A DNA stretch of 64,000 nt from Nitrospirales bacterium (GTDB taxonomy: Bacteria > Nitrospirota > Nitrospiria > Nitrospirales > UBA8639), in NCBI GenBank assembly GCA_963555755.3, contig OY820905.2, positions 3,104,001-3,168,000 on the forward strand. The letters run 5' to 3'. Positions 31,047 to 40,791 of this stretch are shown piece after piece (the first letter of the stretch is position 1; every line of letters starts with the position of its first letter). The notes beneath the pieces were generated by a model. It was given only the letters and a program-made list of their open reading frames with translations, ran no database searches and was not told where the DNA came from. A program made the translations under genes and the position numbers.

Positions 31047-32446
31047 TGAAAAAAACAGAAACCCCTACTCAGCCTGTGAAATTAGATGACATGACTCCGC
31101 GACAAATCGTCGAAGAGTTGGATCGTTATGTGATTGGTCAGAGCGACGCCAAACGGATGGTCGCGATTGCGTTGCGAAACCGGTGGCGCCGGCAACAATT
31201 GGATCCTGAACTTCGAGAAGAAATTTACCCTAAAAATATCATCATGATCGGGCCAACAGGGGTGGGTAAAACAGAAATCTCGCGACGCATTGCGAAGCTC
31301 GCGGATGCGCCCTTCATAAAAGTCGAAGCGTCCAAGTTCACGGAAGTGGGCTATGTTGGTCGAGATGTCGAATCCATCATCCGCGATCTGACGGAACAAT
31401 CTGTGAACATGGTCAAAAGCTCTTCGCTGGAGCGAGTGGAACGCAAGGCCGAAGATTTGGCGGAAGAACGTGTATTGGATTTATTGTTGCCCTCGAGCAA
31501 GCCACGGACCACTGGTTTCCAGGATGATGGCGAGGAGTCGAATGGTAAAGAAGCCATGGAGCCAGTAGATTCTACTCGGCAGAAACTGCGCAAGCAGTTA
31601 CGCGAAGGGACTCTGGATAAACGAACCGTGGAAATCGAAGTCAAGGAACGCGGTCTACCGGTCGGCATTATTTCGAATATTGGTGGCATGGAAGACATCG
31701 AAAATAATCTTCGGGAAATGTTGGGTGGCATGATGCCGGGCAAGAGGAAAAACCGGATCATGAAAATTCCCGAGGCGTTGAAATATTTTACCCAAGAGGA
31801 AGCACAAAAGCTTCTCGATATGGATGAAATCACTCGTGAGGCCGTCGATCGTGTGGAAGAGTCAGGCATCGTGTTTCTTGATGAAATCGATAAAATCGCG
31901 GGTAAGGAAAAAAATATGGGACCCGATGTTTCACGCGAAGGCGTGCAGCGAGACTTACTGCCAATCGTCGAGGGCTCGACCATTCATACGAAGTACGGCC
32001 CGGTTCGGACGGATCATATCCTTTTCATCGCCGCAGGCGCGTTTCATGCGGCCAAGCCGTCAGACCTGATTCCGGAGTTGCAAGGCCGGTTTCCAATCCG
32101 AGTTGAATTAGAGGCCCTGACAAAAGAGGATCTGGTTCGGATCTTAACGGAACCTCAAAGCGCTCTCGTGAAGCAATATAAAGCTTTGCTGGGAACTGAA
32201 GGTATCACGCTTGAGTTCACGAAAGATGGCGTTGAAGAAATTGCCGCCACCGCCGTCGAGGTCAATGATCGAACGGAAAACATTGGCGCACGACGGTTAT
32301 TCACCATTGTGGAGCGGTTGTTAGAAGATGTGTCCTTTGACGCTCAAGAACTGATTGAGAAAAAAGTGGTCATTGATGCAGCCTATGTCACAGGGCATTT
32401 GAGCGATATTGTGAAGGATCAGGATCTGAGCCGGTACATCCTGTAG
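31043..32446 (+). CDS. hslU: ATP-dependent protease ATPase HslU
   Basis: [44 protein letters not shown]. Confidence 0.97.
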   Translation: MMKKTETPTQPVKLDDMTPRQIVEELDRYVIGQSDAKRMVAIALRNRWRRQQLDPELREEIYPKNIIMIGPTGVGKTEISRRIAKLADAPFIKVEASKFTEVGYVGRDVESIIRDLTEQSVNMVKSSSLERVERKAEDLAEERVLDLLLPSSKPRTTGFQDDGEESNGKEAMEPVDSTRQKLRKQLREGTLDKRTVEIEVKERGLPVGIISNIGGMEDIENNLREMLGGMMPGKRKNRIMKIPEALKYFTQEEAQKLLDMDEITREAVDRVEESGIVFLDEIDKIAGKEKNMGPDVSREGVQRDLLPIVEGSTIHTKYGPVRTDHILFIAAGAFHAAKPSDLIPELQGRFPIRVELEALTKEDLVRILTEPQSALVKQYKALLGTEGITLEFTKDGVEEIAATAVEVNDRTENIGARRLFTIVERLLEDVSFDAQELIEKKVVIDAAYVTGHLSDIVKDQDLSRYIL

Positions 32447-32451
32447 AGGGA

Positions 32452-32532
32452 CGTAATGCGTAATCCGTAAAGCGTAAAGCGTAAAGCGTGAAAACATTTT
32501 TTCGCTTCCTGCATAACGGATCACGCATCACG
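32452..32532. repeat. Inverted heptamer array (CGTAAAG-type units, then CATCACG-type units)
   Basis: cgtaatg cgtaatc cgtaaag cgtaaag cgtaaag cgtgaaa ... cataacg gatcacg catcacg. Confidence 0.85.
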
Positions 32533-32545
32533 ATTCTAAAAAGCC

Positions 32546-33439
32546 ATGGAACGATTAATTAAAAAAGCCGATGTGCTCGTTGAGGCGTTGCCGTATATCC
32601 GAACGTTTGCGGGAAAGACCATCGTGATTAAATACGGTGGGAAAGCCATGACGGAGGATAATCTGAAAGACGGCTTTGCGGAAGACGTGGTGCTGATGAA
32701 GTATGTTGGGCTCAATCCCGTGATCGTTCATGGAGGCGGACCACAGATTAATGAAATGCTTTCTCGTTTAGGCATTCAGCCGACTTTTAAACGCGGCGTT
32801 CGAGTGACGGATCGAGCGACCATGGATGTGGTGGAAATGGTCTTGGGTGGAAAAATCAACAAAGAAATCGTGACTATGCTCAACCAGCATGGCGGGCGGG
32901 CCGTTGGCATTACCGGCAAAGACGGAAGGTTAATCCTCAGTAAACCCTTTAGTGCGAAGGCTTGGGTTCAGGGGCTCAGCCAAGAGGCACAGAGTCATTC
33001 TGATGAAGATTATGGGTTTGTGGGCGAAGTGGATAAAATTGATCCGGCAATCCTGACCATGCTTCAGCAGGATAATTTCATTCCGGTCATCGCGCCAATT
33101 GGTGTTGATCGTAATGGTAAGCCGCATAATATCAATGCCGATCTTGTAGCCGGTGCCATAGCCGGTGCGTTGAAAGCTGAGAAGCTGTTGGTCCTGACCG
33201 ATGTAAAGGGAATCCGTGATGCGGACAATCGGCATCTCTCCACTCTCTCGAAAAAAGACGTCGAACGAATGGTGAAGAAAGGCACGATTACCGAGGGCAT
33301 GTTGCCTAAAGTCCGATCGTGTTTGAAGGGCATCGAGGCGGGTGTGCACAAAGCGCATATTATCGATGGACGAATCCCTCATGCAATTCTCTTGGAAATT
33401 TTCACAGACAAGGGCATAGGCACGGAAATTGTGGCCTAA
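32546..33439 (+). CDS. argB: Acetylglutamate kinase
   Basis: VIKYGG, VHGGGPQI, RVTD, NINAD, LTDVKG, GMLPK, IIDGR. Confidence 0.96.
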   Translation: MERLIKKADVLVEALPYIRTFAGKTIVIKYGGKAMTEDNLKDGFAEDVVLMKYVGLNPVIVHGGGPQINEMLSRLGIQPTFKRGVRVTDRATMDVVEMVLGGKINKEIVTMLNQHGGRAVGITGKDGRLILSKPFSAKAWVQGLSQEAQSHSDEDYGFVGEVDKIDPAILTMLQQDNFIPVIAPIGVDRNGKPHNINADLVAGAIAGALKAEKLLVLTDVKGIRDADNRHLSTLSKKDVERMVKKGTITEGMLPKVRSCLKGIEAGVHKAHIIDGRIPHAILLEIFTDKGIGTEIVA

Positions 33440-33441
33440 GA

Positions 33442-33532
33442 CGTAATGCGTGAACCGTAAAGCGTGATGCGAACAAACAGGCTGTTAAGAAATTTTCCTC
33501 TACGCATGACGCATCACGGATTACGCTTCACG
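33442..33532. repeat. Inverted heptamer array
   Basis: cgtaatg cgtgaac cgtaaag cgtgatg ... catgacg catcacg gattacg cttcacg. Confidence 0.85.
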
Positions 33533-33545
33533 AAAAATCAAACCA

Positions 33546-34184
33546 ATGAAACTCGCGAAATCGCAAAACAGCCCTGATAGTAAGAATCGTTCCGCCATTC
33601 CTCAACCCGATCGGAAGTCCGTTCTTTTATTAGTCCATTTGCAAAATGATTTTTGTCCGGGTGGGGCCTTGGCAGTGACCGAGGGCGATCAAGTCATTCC
33701 CGTTGCCAATGCCTGTATTCGCTTTTTTACTCGTGAGGGGTTTTCAATTGTTGCGACACGGGATTGGCATCCAGAGAACCATTGCTCCTTTCAAGCCCAA
33801 GGCGGACCCTGGCCCCCGCATTGCGTGCAAGGTTCACGGGGCTCTCAATTTCATCCTGATTTGAAAATGGCGCCAGGAACGTTAATTGTGTCGGGAGCCA
33901 CCAATGCTCGACAAGAAGCGTATTCGGGATTCGATGGCACTTCGTTAGAAGATCGCCTTGAAGATTTAGAAGTGCAGACACTGTTTGTGGTAGGACTCGC
34001 TACCGACTATTGCGTGAAGCAAACCGTCCTCGATGCCTGCCGATTGGGATTCCGGGTCGTGGTCTTAGAAGATGGAGTTCGTGGAATCAATGCGCAATCT
34101 GAGGATTCACAAAAAGCCCTCCAAGAGATGCAAGCCGCCGGAGCCATGATCGCAAAATCAACAGATTTGGGGATCTCTCGCTAG
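33546..34184 (+). CDS. pncA: Nicotinamidase/pyrazinamidase
   Basis: QNDFCPGGALAV, DWHPENH, WPPHCVQG, YSGF, GLATDYCV; the usual catalytic Asp (VDxQND) reads VHLQND. Confidence 0.85.
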   Translation: MKLAKSQNSPDSKNRSAIPQPDRKSVLLLVHLQNDFCPGGALAVTEGDQVIPVANACIRFFTREGFSIVATRDWHPENHCSFQAQGGPWPPHCVQGSRGSQFHPDLKMAPGTLIVSGATNARQEAYSGFDGTSLEDRLEDLEVQTLFVVGLATDYCVKQTVLDACRLGFRVVVLEDGVRGINAQSEDSQKALQEMQAAGAMIAKSTDLGISR

Positions 34185-34234
34185 GAACCTGTTCCAGATT
34201 AGCCGAATCTACTGCGGAGGCGCTGGATTTAGGT

Positions 34235-34951
34235 TCAATATCCCCAATGCTCATGCCGAACCGGCAGGCGGTTGAGCACCTCACGATAGAACTGCCAATT
34301 GGGCATGAATCGGTCCATTTGCGCAACGAAACGGGCGTTGTGCGTCGGTTCAAGTATGTGAACCATCTCGTGAACCACGATGTATTCAAGGCACTCTTGG
34401 GGTTTCTTTGCGAGGTCGGTGTTGAGGCGAATACTGTGCGTGCCCGAGTTGCAGCTGCCCCACTTGGTTTTCATGCGCTGCACAAAAAACTGCTCTACCT
34501 TCACGCAGATGAGCGGTTCCCATTTTGCGATCAAGAGCGGCACGACTTGCCTGAGCTGGACGCGATACCATTTTGCCACGATAGCCTGCTTCTTGTACTC
34601 ATCGGTTCCCGGACGAACGCGCAGAAGCATCCGGTTGTGCTTCAATTCGACGAACGATGATTGGTCGCTCTCCGAGACCGTGAGCAGGTAGCGCTTTCCC
34701 CAAACATAATGGCTTTCGCGGTTGAGATACTCACGCGGAGTTTCACGTGCTTGTTCGCAGAGTTTTTGCTGTTGGCTCTTGATCCAGCCAAGCTTGGTAA
34801 TGGCAAACACCCGGATGTTGTCGAGGTCCATTCTGAATGGGGCGGAGATTCGTACTTGGCCCGTTGGAGGGTAGACACTCAGGTGAATGTTCTTAATGCC
34901 CTTCTTTACCACATCCACGGTGATTTCACCCAGCTTGATCCGCGTGACCAT
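34235..34951 (-). CDS. M48/YgjP (DUF45)-like zinc metallohydrolase linked to type I RM
   Basis: MKTKWGSC, YIVVHEMVH..H; coupled to the hsdR stop. Confidence 0.88.
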   Translation of the reverse strand: MVTRIKLGEITVDVVKKGIKNIHLSVYPPTGQVRISAPFRMDLDNIRVFAITKLGWIKSQQQKLCEQARETPREYLNRESHYVWGKRYLLTVSESDQSSFVELKHNRMLLRVRPGTDEYKKQAIVAKWYRVQLRQVVPLLIAKWEPLICVKVEQFFVQRMKTKWGSCNSGTHSIRLNTDLAKKPQECLEYIVVHEMVHILEPTHNARFVAQMDRFMPNWQFYREVLNRLPVRHEHWGY

Positions 34952-37900
34952 CAGTATTCCTTCTGCTGCTTGATGATGAGAAAGATGCGCTCGACCTCAG
35001 CCTCGTTCTGCAAGATTCCATACAAGGCAGCTTTGATCACGCGTTCACGGGCTTGTACGCCCCGCCAGCCGTCGGGTCGGGTGCGCTTGACGGTTTCATC
35101 AATCTTGACCGCAAGTTCCAGCACATTATCGTTTGTCGCGTTCCCATAGGAACCCGTGGACTCTGCGGCAACGCTTGCATCGCCGACAGAGGCTCCCGAT
35201 CCGAGGTTATTATAGAGGGCGCGGCGCCCCGGCGTATTCAATTCTCCTGGCATATCCTCAGCCTGCCCGGCCTCTACTCTGTTGGCCAGTTCAGCGATGT
35301 GTCTCAAGTATTCTTCATATGCGATGGCCTTCGATCTGCGTGACGCAATGATCTCATTCAGCAATGCGGACATCTTGTCATAGTAGGCCGGATCGTTCAG
35401 GTGTTCCTTAATGATCTTGCGGCGAACGTTGTTCTCGATGGTCTCAGCGATGGCGTTCTTATTGCCCTTCAATCCGTCGAGCTGTGTGGCGATGGCATTG
35501 GCAATGCCCGTCTTCACGATCAACTCCAAAAGACCCATGTTATCGAAGGGCGAAATCTTCCTTGGCTCGTCCGCCTCGATGTAAGTGTCGATGAGATGCC
35601 GCATGTCGGCCTCGAAGGCTTTGAGGTCGAGCGTCTCACCACTGGCATTGCGGATGATTTCGCGGAGGTCCAGGTAGTGCTTGAGCTGTTGCTTGATGCG
35701 GTTGATGTCGGCACCGTCATATCCGGCAGCGTCCAGTTCGTCGGCAATGTTAGCGTAAGCGCGCACAAGCGCCACCGTCGCCTTGTAAAGCGCGGCGCGT
35801 TGTGGTTCCCGTTCCTTTAAATCGGCAGCGATCTCCGTGTTGCCGCAAAAGTAGTGGATGTGCTCCAACTCGCCTTTCGGCGGCTCCACGGGTTCGCACA
35901 ACAAGAGGAGAGCCTCCAGCGCGTGGTCGAGCCGTTCTTTTCCTTTCTTGAGGCGATCCTGTAGCAACACCTCAGGATCGGCGCCTCCCGCGCTGCGATC
36001 CAACTCAGTGGTATAGACGGCAATGGCGTTCTCCACCTTCTTGAACAGGTCCTTGTAGTCCACGATGTAGCCGAAATCCTTGTCCTCGCCGTCCAGCCGG
36101 TTGACGCGGCAAATGGCCTGGAACAGGCCGTGGTCCTGCATGGATTTGTCGATGTAGAGATAGGTGCAAGGCGGCGCGTCAAAGCCGGTGAGCAGCTTGT
36201 CCACCACAACGAGCAATTTCATATTCGACGGCTCCTTGGTGAACAGGGCCTTCGCCCACTCTTCGTAGGTCTCCGTCTTGGTCAGGCCCGGCTTGGCTTC
36301 GATGTTTTTTAGCAGCTCCGTGTAGGTGTTGTAGGTGAACTGCTTGTCCGTCTCGGTGTTCGCGCCGACTTCCTCCTTAGTCACGTCCTGGGCCTGTGGG
36401 TTATAGGATGTCACCACTGCGCACATGCCCTTGAACTGGGTCTTCTGAAACAAGGTGAAATACTTGCATGCTTCGTAGATGCTTGACGCCACCAGGAGGG
36501 CATTCCCGCGCTCGCTGGAAAGGCGCGGCTTCACGCTAAAGTCGAACACAATGTCGCTCACCACCCGATCCATCCGTGACTTGGAACTGAGCACGTTCTG
36601 CATCGTACCCCACTTCTGCTTCAGCTCATCCTTCTGCCAGTCGTTCAGTCCCTTGGTCTTGGCTTCAAACCATGCGTCGATCTTATCCACGGAGCCCAGT
36701 CTCTGGTCGATGTCCCGCGCCTCATAAACCAGATCCAGCACAACACCGTCCTCGACGCCCTCGCTGAACTTGTAAGTGTGGATGTAGCCGCCAAAGACCT
36801 CAAGGCTGGTCTGCTTGTCTTTCTTAAGGAGTGGGGTGCCGGTGAAACCGATAAAGACGGCATTGGGCATCATCGCCTTCATCACGCGGTGCAGCCTGCC
36901 GCTCTGCGTGCGGTGGCACTCGTCCACAAAAACGAATACCTCGCCCACCGTCTGACTGGGCTGCGCCTCCAACTCTTTGATGAACGCATCGAAATCATCC
37001 ACGTCTTTCCGACCAAACTTGTGGACGAGTGAGCAGAGCAACCGCGGCGTGGCTTGGCCGAGCTGGCTCATCAGGTCGCGGCCGCTGGTGGTGCGCTTAA
37101 TCGCCTCGCCTGATTCGGTAAAAACTCGCTCGATCTGTTTATCCAGCTCGTCGCGGTCGGTGATGATAGCCACGCGGGCGTTGGGATTGTTCTCCAGAAT
37201 CCACTTGGTCAGCAGTACCATCACGATGCTCTTCCCGCTCCCCTGCGTGTGCCAGATGATGCCGCCCTTCTTTTCTACCACATGGAGTTGAGCAGCCTTC
37301 ACACCGAAATACTGGTGCGTGCGCGGCAGCTTCTTTACACCGCCGTCAAAGAGCACAAAGTCGTGCATCAGCTCGATCAGCCGAGCCTTGCCACACATCT
37401 TGAGCAAATACTTGTCCAGCTTGAAGCGACTGTTGTCGTGCTCGTCTTCCTTCCACTTCAGGAAATACTTCTCCTGCGTGCCGATCGCGCCGTATTGCAA
37501 TCCCTCGGAGTCGTTGCCGGCGAAGATGAACTGCACCGTGCTGAAAAACCATTCATTGAACTCAGGCTGTTGATTGGACAGACTCTGTCGAATGCCGTCG
37601 CCGATGCTCACGCGGCTGTTCTTCAGCTCCAGCACGCCGATGGCAATGCCGTTCACATACAGCACCAGATCGGGCCGCCGCTCATGGTTCCCCTTGAGCG
37701 TCACTTCCTCGGCAATGGCGAAGTCATTCTGCTCAGGCTTCTGCCAATTGATGAGGTGGATGGTCTCCGTGACCTTGCCCGCCTCAATCTTCACCGGCAC
37801 GCCATAGCGCAGCAGTTTGTAGACCTCCTGGTTGTTGCCGTAGAGACTGCGGTTGTGGTTGTCCGCATCGGTGCGAAGTGCATGGATGGCCTTGTTGATC

Positions 37901-38073
37901 TGCGCCAGCTTGTAGTCGGATTTTGTCAGGTAGGCCGTGAGCAATCCTTCTTCAATGTTGCTGTTGCCATCCCGGTCCGTCCAATCACCGAGGTATCGGT
38001 AGCTCAACTCGTCGCGGAACAAAGCGATGACACGGTTCTGCGTGGCGCGTTCAGGTTGGCCGATGGTGCTCAT
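34951..38073 (-). CDS. hsdR: Type I restriction endonuclease subunit R
   Basis: RPDLVLYVNGI..ELK, WHTQGSGKS, DECHR, FTGTP, LLTGFDAP, QAICRVNR. Confidence 0.96.
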   Translation of the reverse strand: MSTIGQPERATQNRVIALFRDELSYRYLGDWTDRDGNSNIEEGLLTAYLTKSDYKLAQINKAIHALRTDADNHNRSLYGNNQEVYKLLRYGVPVKIEAGKVTETIHLINWQKPEQNDFAIAEEVTLKGNHERRPDLVLYVNGIAIGVLELKNSRVSIGDGIRQSLSNQQPEFNEWFFSTVQFIFAGNDSEGLQYGAIGTQEKYFLKWKEDEHDNSRFKLDKYLLKMCGKARLIELMHDFVLFDGGVKKLPRTHQYFGVKAAQLHVVEKKGGIIWHTQGSGKSIVMVLLTKWILENNPNARVAIITDRDELDKQIERVFTESGEAIKRTTSGRDLMSQLGQATPRLLCSLVHKFGRKDVDDFDAFIKELEAQPSQTVGEVFVFVDECHRTQSGRLHRVMKAMMPNAVFIGFTGTPLLKKDKQTSLEVFGGYIHTYKFSEGVEDGVVLDLVYEARDIDQRLGSVDKIDAWFEAKTKGLNDWQKDELKQKWGTMQNVLSSKSRMDRVVSDIVFDFSVKPRLSSERGNALLVASSIYEACKYFTLFQKTQFKGMCAVVTSYNPQAQDVTKEEVGANTETDKQFTYNTYTELLKNIEAKPGLTKTETYEEWAKALFTKEPSNMKLLVVVDKLLTGFDAPPCTYLYIDKSMQDHGLFQAICRVNRLDGEDKDFGYIVDYKDLFKKVENAIAVYTTELDRSAGGADPEVLLQDRLKKGKERLDHALEALLLLCEPVEPPKGELEHIHYFCGNTEIAADLKEREPQRAALYKATVALVRAYANIADELDAAGYDGADINRIKQQLKHYLDLREIIRNASGETLDLKAFEADMRHLIDTYIEADEPRKISPFDNMGLLELIVKTGIANAIATQLDGLKGNKNAIAETIENNVRRKIIKEHLNDPAYYDKMSALLNEIIASRRSKAIAYEEYLRHIAELANRVEAGQAEDMPGELNTPGRRALYNNLGSGASVGDASVAAESTGSYGNATNDNVLELAVKIDETVKRTRPDGWRGVQARERVIKAALYGILQNEAEVERIFLIIKQQKEY

Positions 38074-38555
38074 GTCAGCACCTTCCAGTGGCCGCCTTTT
38101 TGGGGTCCGACAAATTTCAAGCGACCGGCCTTGACCAGATTGGCACTAGCGCGTTCAACCGCACTGACAGATTTTCCAATTGCAACAGCTACTTCAGAAA
38201 GCGTCATCTCAGGATTATCCGCGAGTACCTGAAGGATTTTCACCGGCGTTTTCACCGGCGTTTTCACCGGCGTTTTTTCTCCGGATTTATTGGCTCCCGG
38301 CATCTCATATTCTGATGGGAGCATGGGAAAAGCAAACTCGATCCAGAGGCCGTGGCTATCGTAACTGAAGTGAGGAGCGGTATAACCCTGTTCAATACAG
38401 GTGTTGCGGATGAGGTCAATGCCACGGCCCCATGCTTCGATTTTGCCAGCTCGAAAGAAAGCATTTGCGATGTCAGGATTCGCCGGCTGCGATGGATGTT
38501 TGGCAAGGAGTCGTTCCAAAGACCAATCGGGCGGCAGTTGGCCGGGATTCAATTT
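38070..38555 (-). pseudogene. C-terminal remnant of an AlbA/RecG-C (ATP-binding plus HTH) regulator, 5'-truncated at the RAYT element
   Basis: NPGQLP..S.P.NP.IANAFFRAG.IEAWGRGI and terminal FVGPQKGGHWKV; no N-terminal domain. Confidence 0.7.
38237..38272. repeat. 12-bp tandem repeat x3 (encodes KTPV)
   Basis: ttttcaccggcg x3. Confidence 0.9.
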
Positions 38556-38572
38556 GATGTGTTGGGATTCTT

Positions 38573-39328
38573 TCATACCATCCATGCCTTCGGGGCAGGT
38601 GTCTGGCGTGTGGGGATGGGCGAATGATTATTCGCCCCTACGAGGGGGGTGTGTAGGGAATTCCGTTCCCATTGTATCGGGTTATCCAGAATATATTGCC
38701 GGATACGATTCAATTCCGTTTCATTCCGAATAATGTGATCCCAATAATTACGTTGCCAGATTTTGGATGAGACAGATCGTTGCCGGTACCATGTTGTCAC
38801 CCCAATTTTGAATCCACGCACCATAGCCCCGATGGTGCGGGCCGTGCCGGTGGGGTGCGGTGGATTGGCGGATGGGGGCGAATTATGTTTTGATTGTATG
38901 GGCAAATGATTATTCGATTGTAGGGGCGAATAATTATTCGCCCCTACGATAATCACGATGCCGTGAATGTGGTTGGGCATGACCACCCATCCGTCCAATT
39001 CAACATTTGGGAAATGATCAGGAATCTGCAACCAGCAATCGGCGGCCGCACGTCCCGCATCATTCAAACCCATCGCGCCCTCCGTGATGGTTCCGAAACG
39101 GCAAAGCCGATTCTGTGCGCAAATGGTAATAAAATAGGCCCCCGCTTGGGAATAATCATAGCCCCGCAACCGAACCGAACGACGGGGTCGCGGCCGATCG
39201 TTATCCGATTGTACGGACGAATGGTTTGTGGGTATGGCCGGATCATTGATGGGTAGGGGCGAATAATTATTCGCCCGAACGGGTATAGGTGATGGAATAG
39301 GCGCCACCCTGGTAATCATGGTTGTCAT
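38573..39328 (-). CDS. REP-associated tyrosine transposase (RAYT, IS200/Y1 HUH superfamily)
   Basis: RRSVRLRGYDYSQAGAYFITIC, VVMPNHIHGI (HUH), WQRNYWDHIIRN..YILDNP. Confidence 0.9.
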   Translation of the reverse strand: MTTMITRVAPIPSPIPVRANNYSPLPINDPAIPTNHSSVQSDNDRPRPRRSVRLRGYDYSQAGAYFITICAQNRLCRFGTITEGAMGLNDAGRAAADCWLQIPDHFPNVELDGWVVMPNHIHGIVIIVGANNYSPLQSNNHLPIQSKHNSPPSANPPHPTGTARTIGAMVRGFKIGVTTWYRQRSVSSKIWQRNYWDHIIRNETELNRIRQYILDNPIQWERNSLHTPLVGANNHSPIPTRQTPAPKAWMV

Positions 39329-39590
39329 ATCAATCGAATCCTGCCGGTTACCAATGCGTGCATTATGCCCTGTTTCACCGTGCGGGTGTTGGTTGCCCTT
39401 CCTGCGGTGTTTGCGATGTTCATGATGGGGATGGGCGAATGATGATTCGCCCCTACGGGGATGGATGATGATCGGGGGATTGTTTTGGGCATCATGGGTT
39501 TCATGTCAATCGAATCCGTCCCGATAATCATTCCTGTATCCTGCGATAATTTCGGTGCCCAGGTGGTGTAGGGGCGAATAATTATTCGCC
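38618..39590. repeat. Cluster of GTAG-type REP palindromes GTAGGGGCGAATAATTATTCGCCCCTAC
   Basis: Copies at 38618-38641, 38920-38947 (perfect 28-bp palindrome), 39253-39276, 39433-39456 and 39568-39590; partial copies at about 38876 and 38900. Confidence 0.92.
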
Positions 39591-39639
39591 TGAACGGGTA
39601 TAGGTGATGGAACAGGGATCGCCTTGGTCATCATGATTG

Positions 39640-40791
39640 TCATATCAATCGAATTTTCCCGGTTAATAATTCCTGCATCATGCCCTGCTTGAGCTGGCGG
39701 GTTTTGGCCAGCTTGGTTTCCAGCGCGGCGATCTCCGCGTCCATGTCGCTCAGGATGGCGGCGATGGCGGATTGTTCGTCTGGATCAGGTCTGTTGATTT
39801 CGATTGCTTCGATTGTCCGTGCATTGAGGCTCGGAACGCCGGACGCCTCGTTATGTTGTTTCCAGTTGATCAAACAGCACCGATAGAAGATAAACTTGGC
39901 ATGATTGGGTGCATGAACGTCTGAGTAGAAGAGCGTGTCCACCGTCCAGAACGGGGTGTCCATGTATTGAGGTTGGTCAATCGTTCCCTTTCGACCGATC
40001 AGGACAGATGGCTTATCGTAGAGGAAGCGATTCGTCCTGCCAATTTCGCCGCCAGTCGCAAGGATTGGGTAAAGTCCGTCCATAGCTTCCACGTCACGCT
40101 GACTCCTGCCATGGCAGATGGTCAACATTTCCCCCAACCGTTTTATTTCCCACTCCCCGCTGAAGCCCGGTAGGCGCGTTTTGCCGGTGAGGAGTTCCTG
40201 CATGGCGCCTTGTTTGAGGTGGCGTTTTTTGGTGAGGAGTTGCTCCAGGGATTCGATGAGGGCATCCGCATCGCTCAACGCCTCCGCGATGGCTTCTTGT
40301 TCGGGAATGGGAGGCAGGGTGATTGGAAGAGTCTTGACAATTTTGAAACTTAGAGCGGGCATCGCACCGCCAAACATGGATGTTTGGAAGTAATTAAATG
40401 CTTTATCGCTCTTGAGGTATATATACAGAAAGTCTTTTGACAACTTGGAGAGTATTGGCTCAACCTTGAAAAGATTATTTGCCAATACTCCTTGCAGCCC
40501 CCTACCGATAAAGCCTGCGGTGGCCCCATACCGAACGACTACTATATCTTGTTCATTGACAACTTTGTTCCAACACAAATGTGGAGTTATGAATCGGTAA
40601 TCATCAGAGCCTTGGGTATAGTTTTCGATTCGAAGAAATCTTACAAGTCCATCGCTGTAAGAGGCTAATTGCTTGTCTAAATCAACCTGTATTCCTTGCG
40701 TGAAACGGCATACCTCACCTAATTCTTTGGTAATCCACTCCTCCGGAATCACCCCCAACTCGGTCTGCTTGTAGCCGGGTTTCACTTCCAT
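39640..40791 (-). CDS. hsdS: Type I RM specificity subunit S
   Basis: GYKQTELGVIPEEW, two TRDs, two P..EQ.AIA..LSD.DA..KQG.MQELLTGK.RL helices. Confidence 0.95.
   Translation of the reverse strand: MEVKPGYKQTELGVIPEEWITKELGEVCRFTQGIQVDLDKQLASYSDGLVRFLRIENYTQGSDDYRFITPHLCWNKVVNEQDIVVVRYGATAGFIGRGLQGVLANNLFKVEPILSKLSKDFLYIYLKSDKAFNYFQTSMFGGAMPALSFKIVKTLPITLPPIPEQEAIAEALSDADALIESLEQLLTKKRHLKQGAMQELLTGKTRLPGFSGEWEIKRLGEMLTICHGRSQRDVEAMDGLYPILATGGEIGRTNRFLYDKPSVLIGRKGTIDQPQYMDTPFWTVDTLFYSDVHAPNHAKFIFYRCCLINWKQHNEASGVPSLNARTIEAIEINRPDPDEQSAIAAILSDMDAEIAALETKLAKTRQLKQGMMQELLTGKIRLI

Noticed and set aside
39325..39531. 68-aa ORF as an independent gene or RiPP precursor
   Set aside because: It is composed of REP sequence and a duplicated hsdS tail.
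38618..39590. CRISPR array suggested by recurring 24-28 bp palindromes
   Set aside because: Spacing is irregular (about 110-300 bp), orientations are mixed, copies lie inside a RAYT ORF and there are no cas genes. These are REPs.
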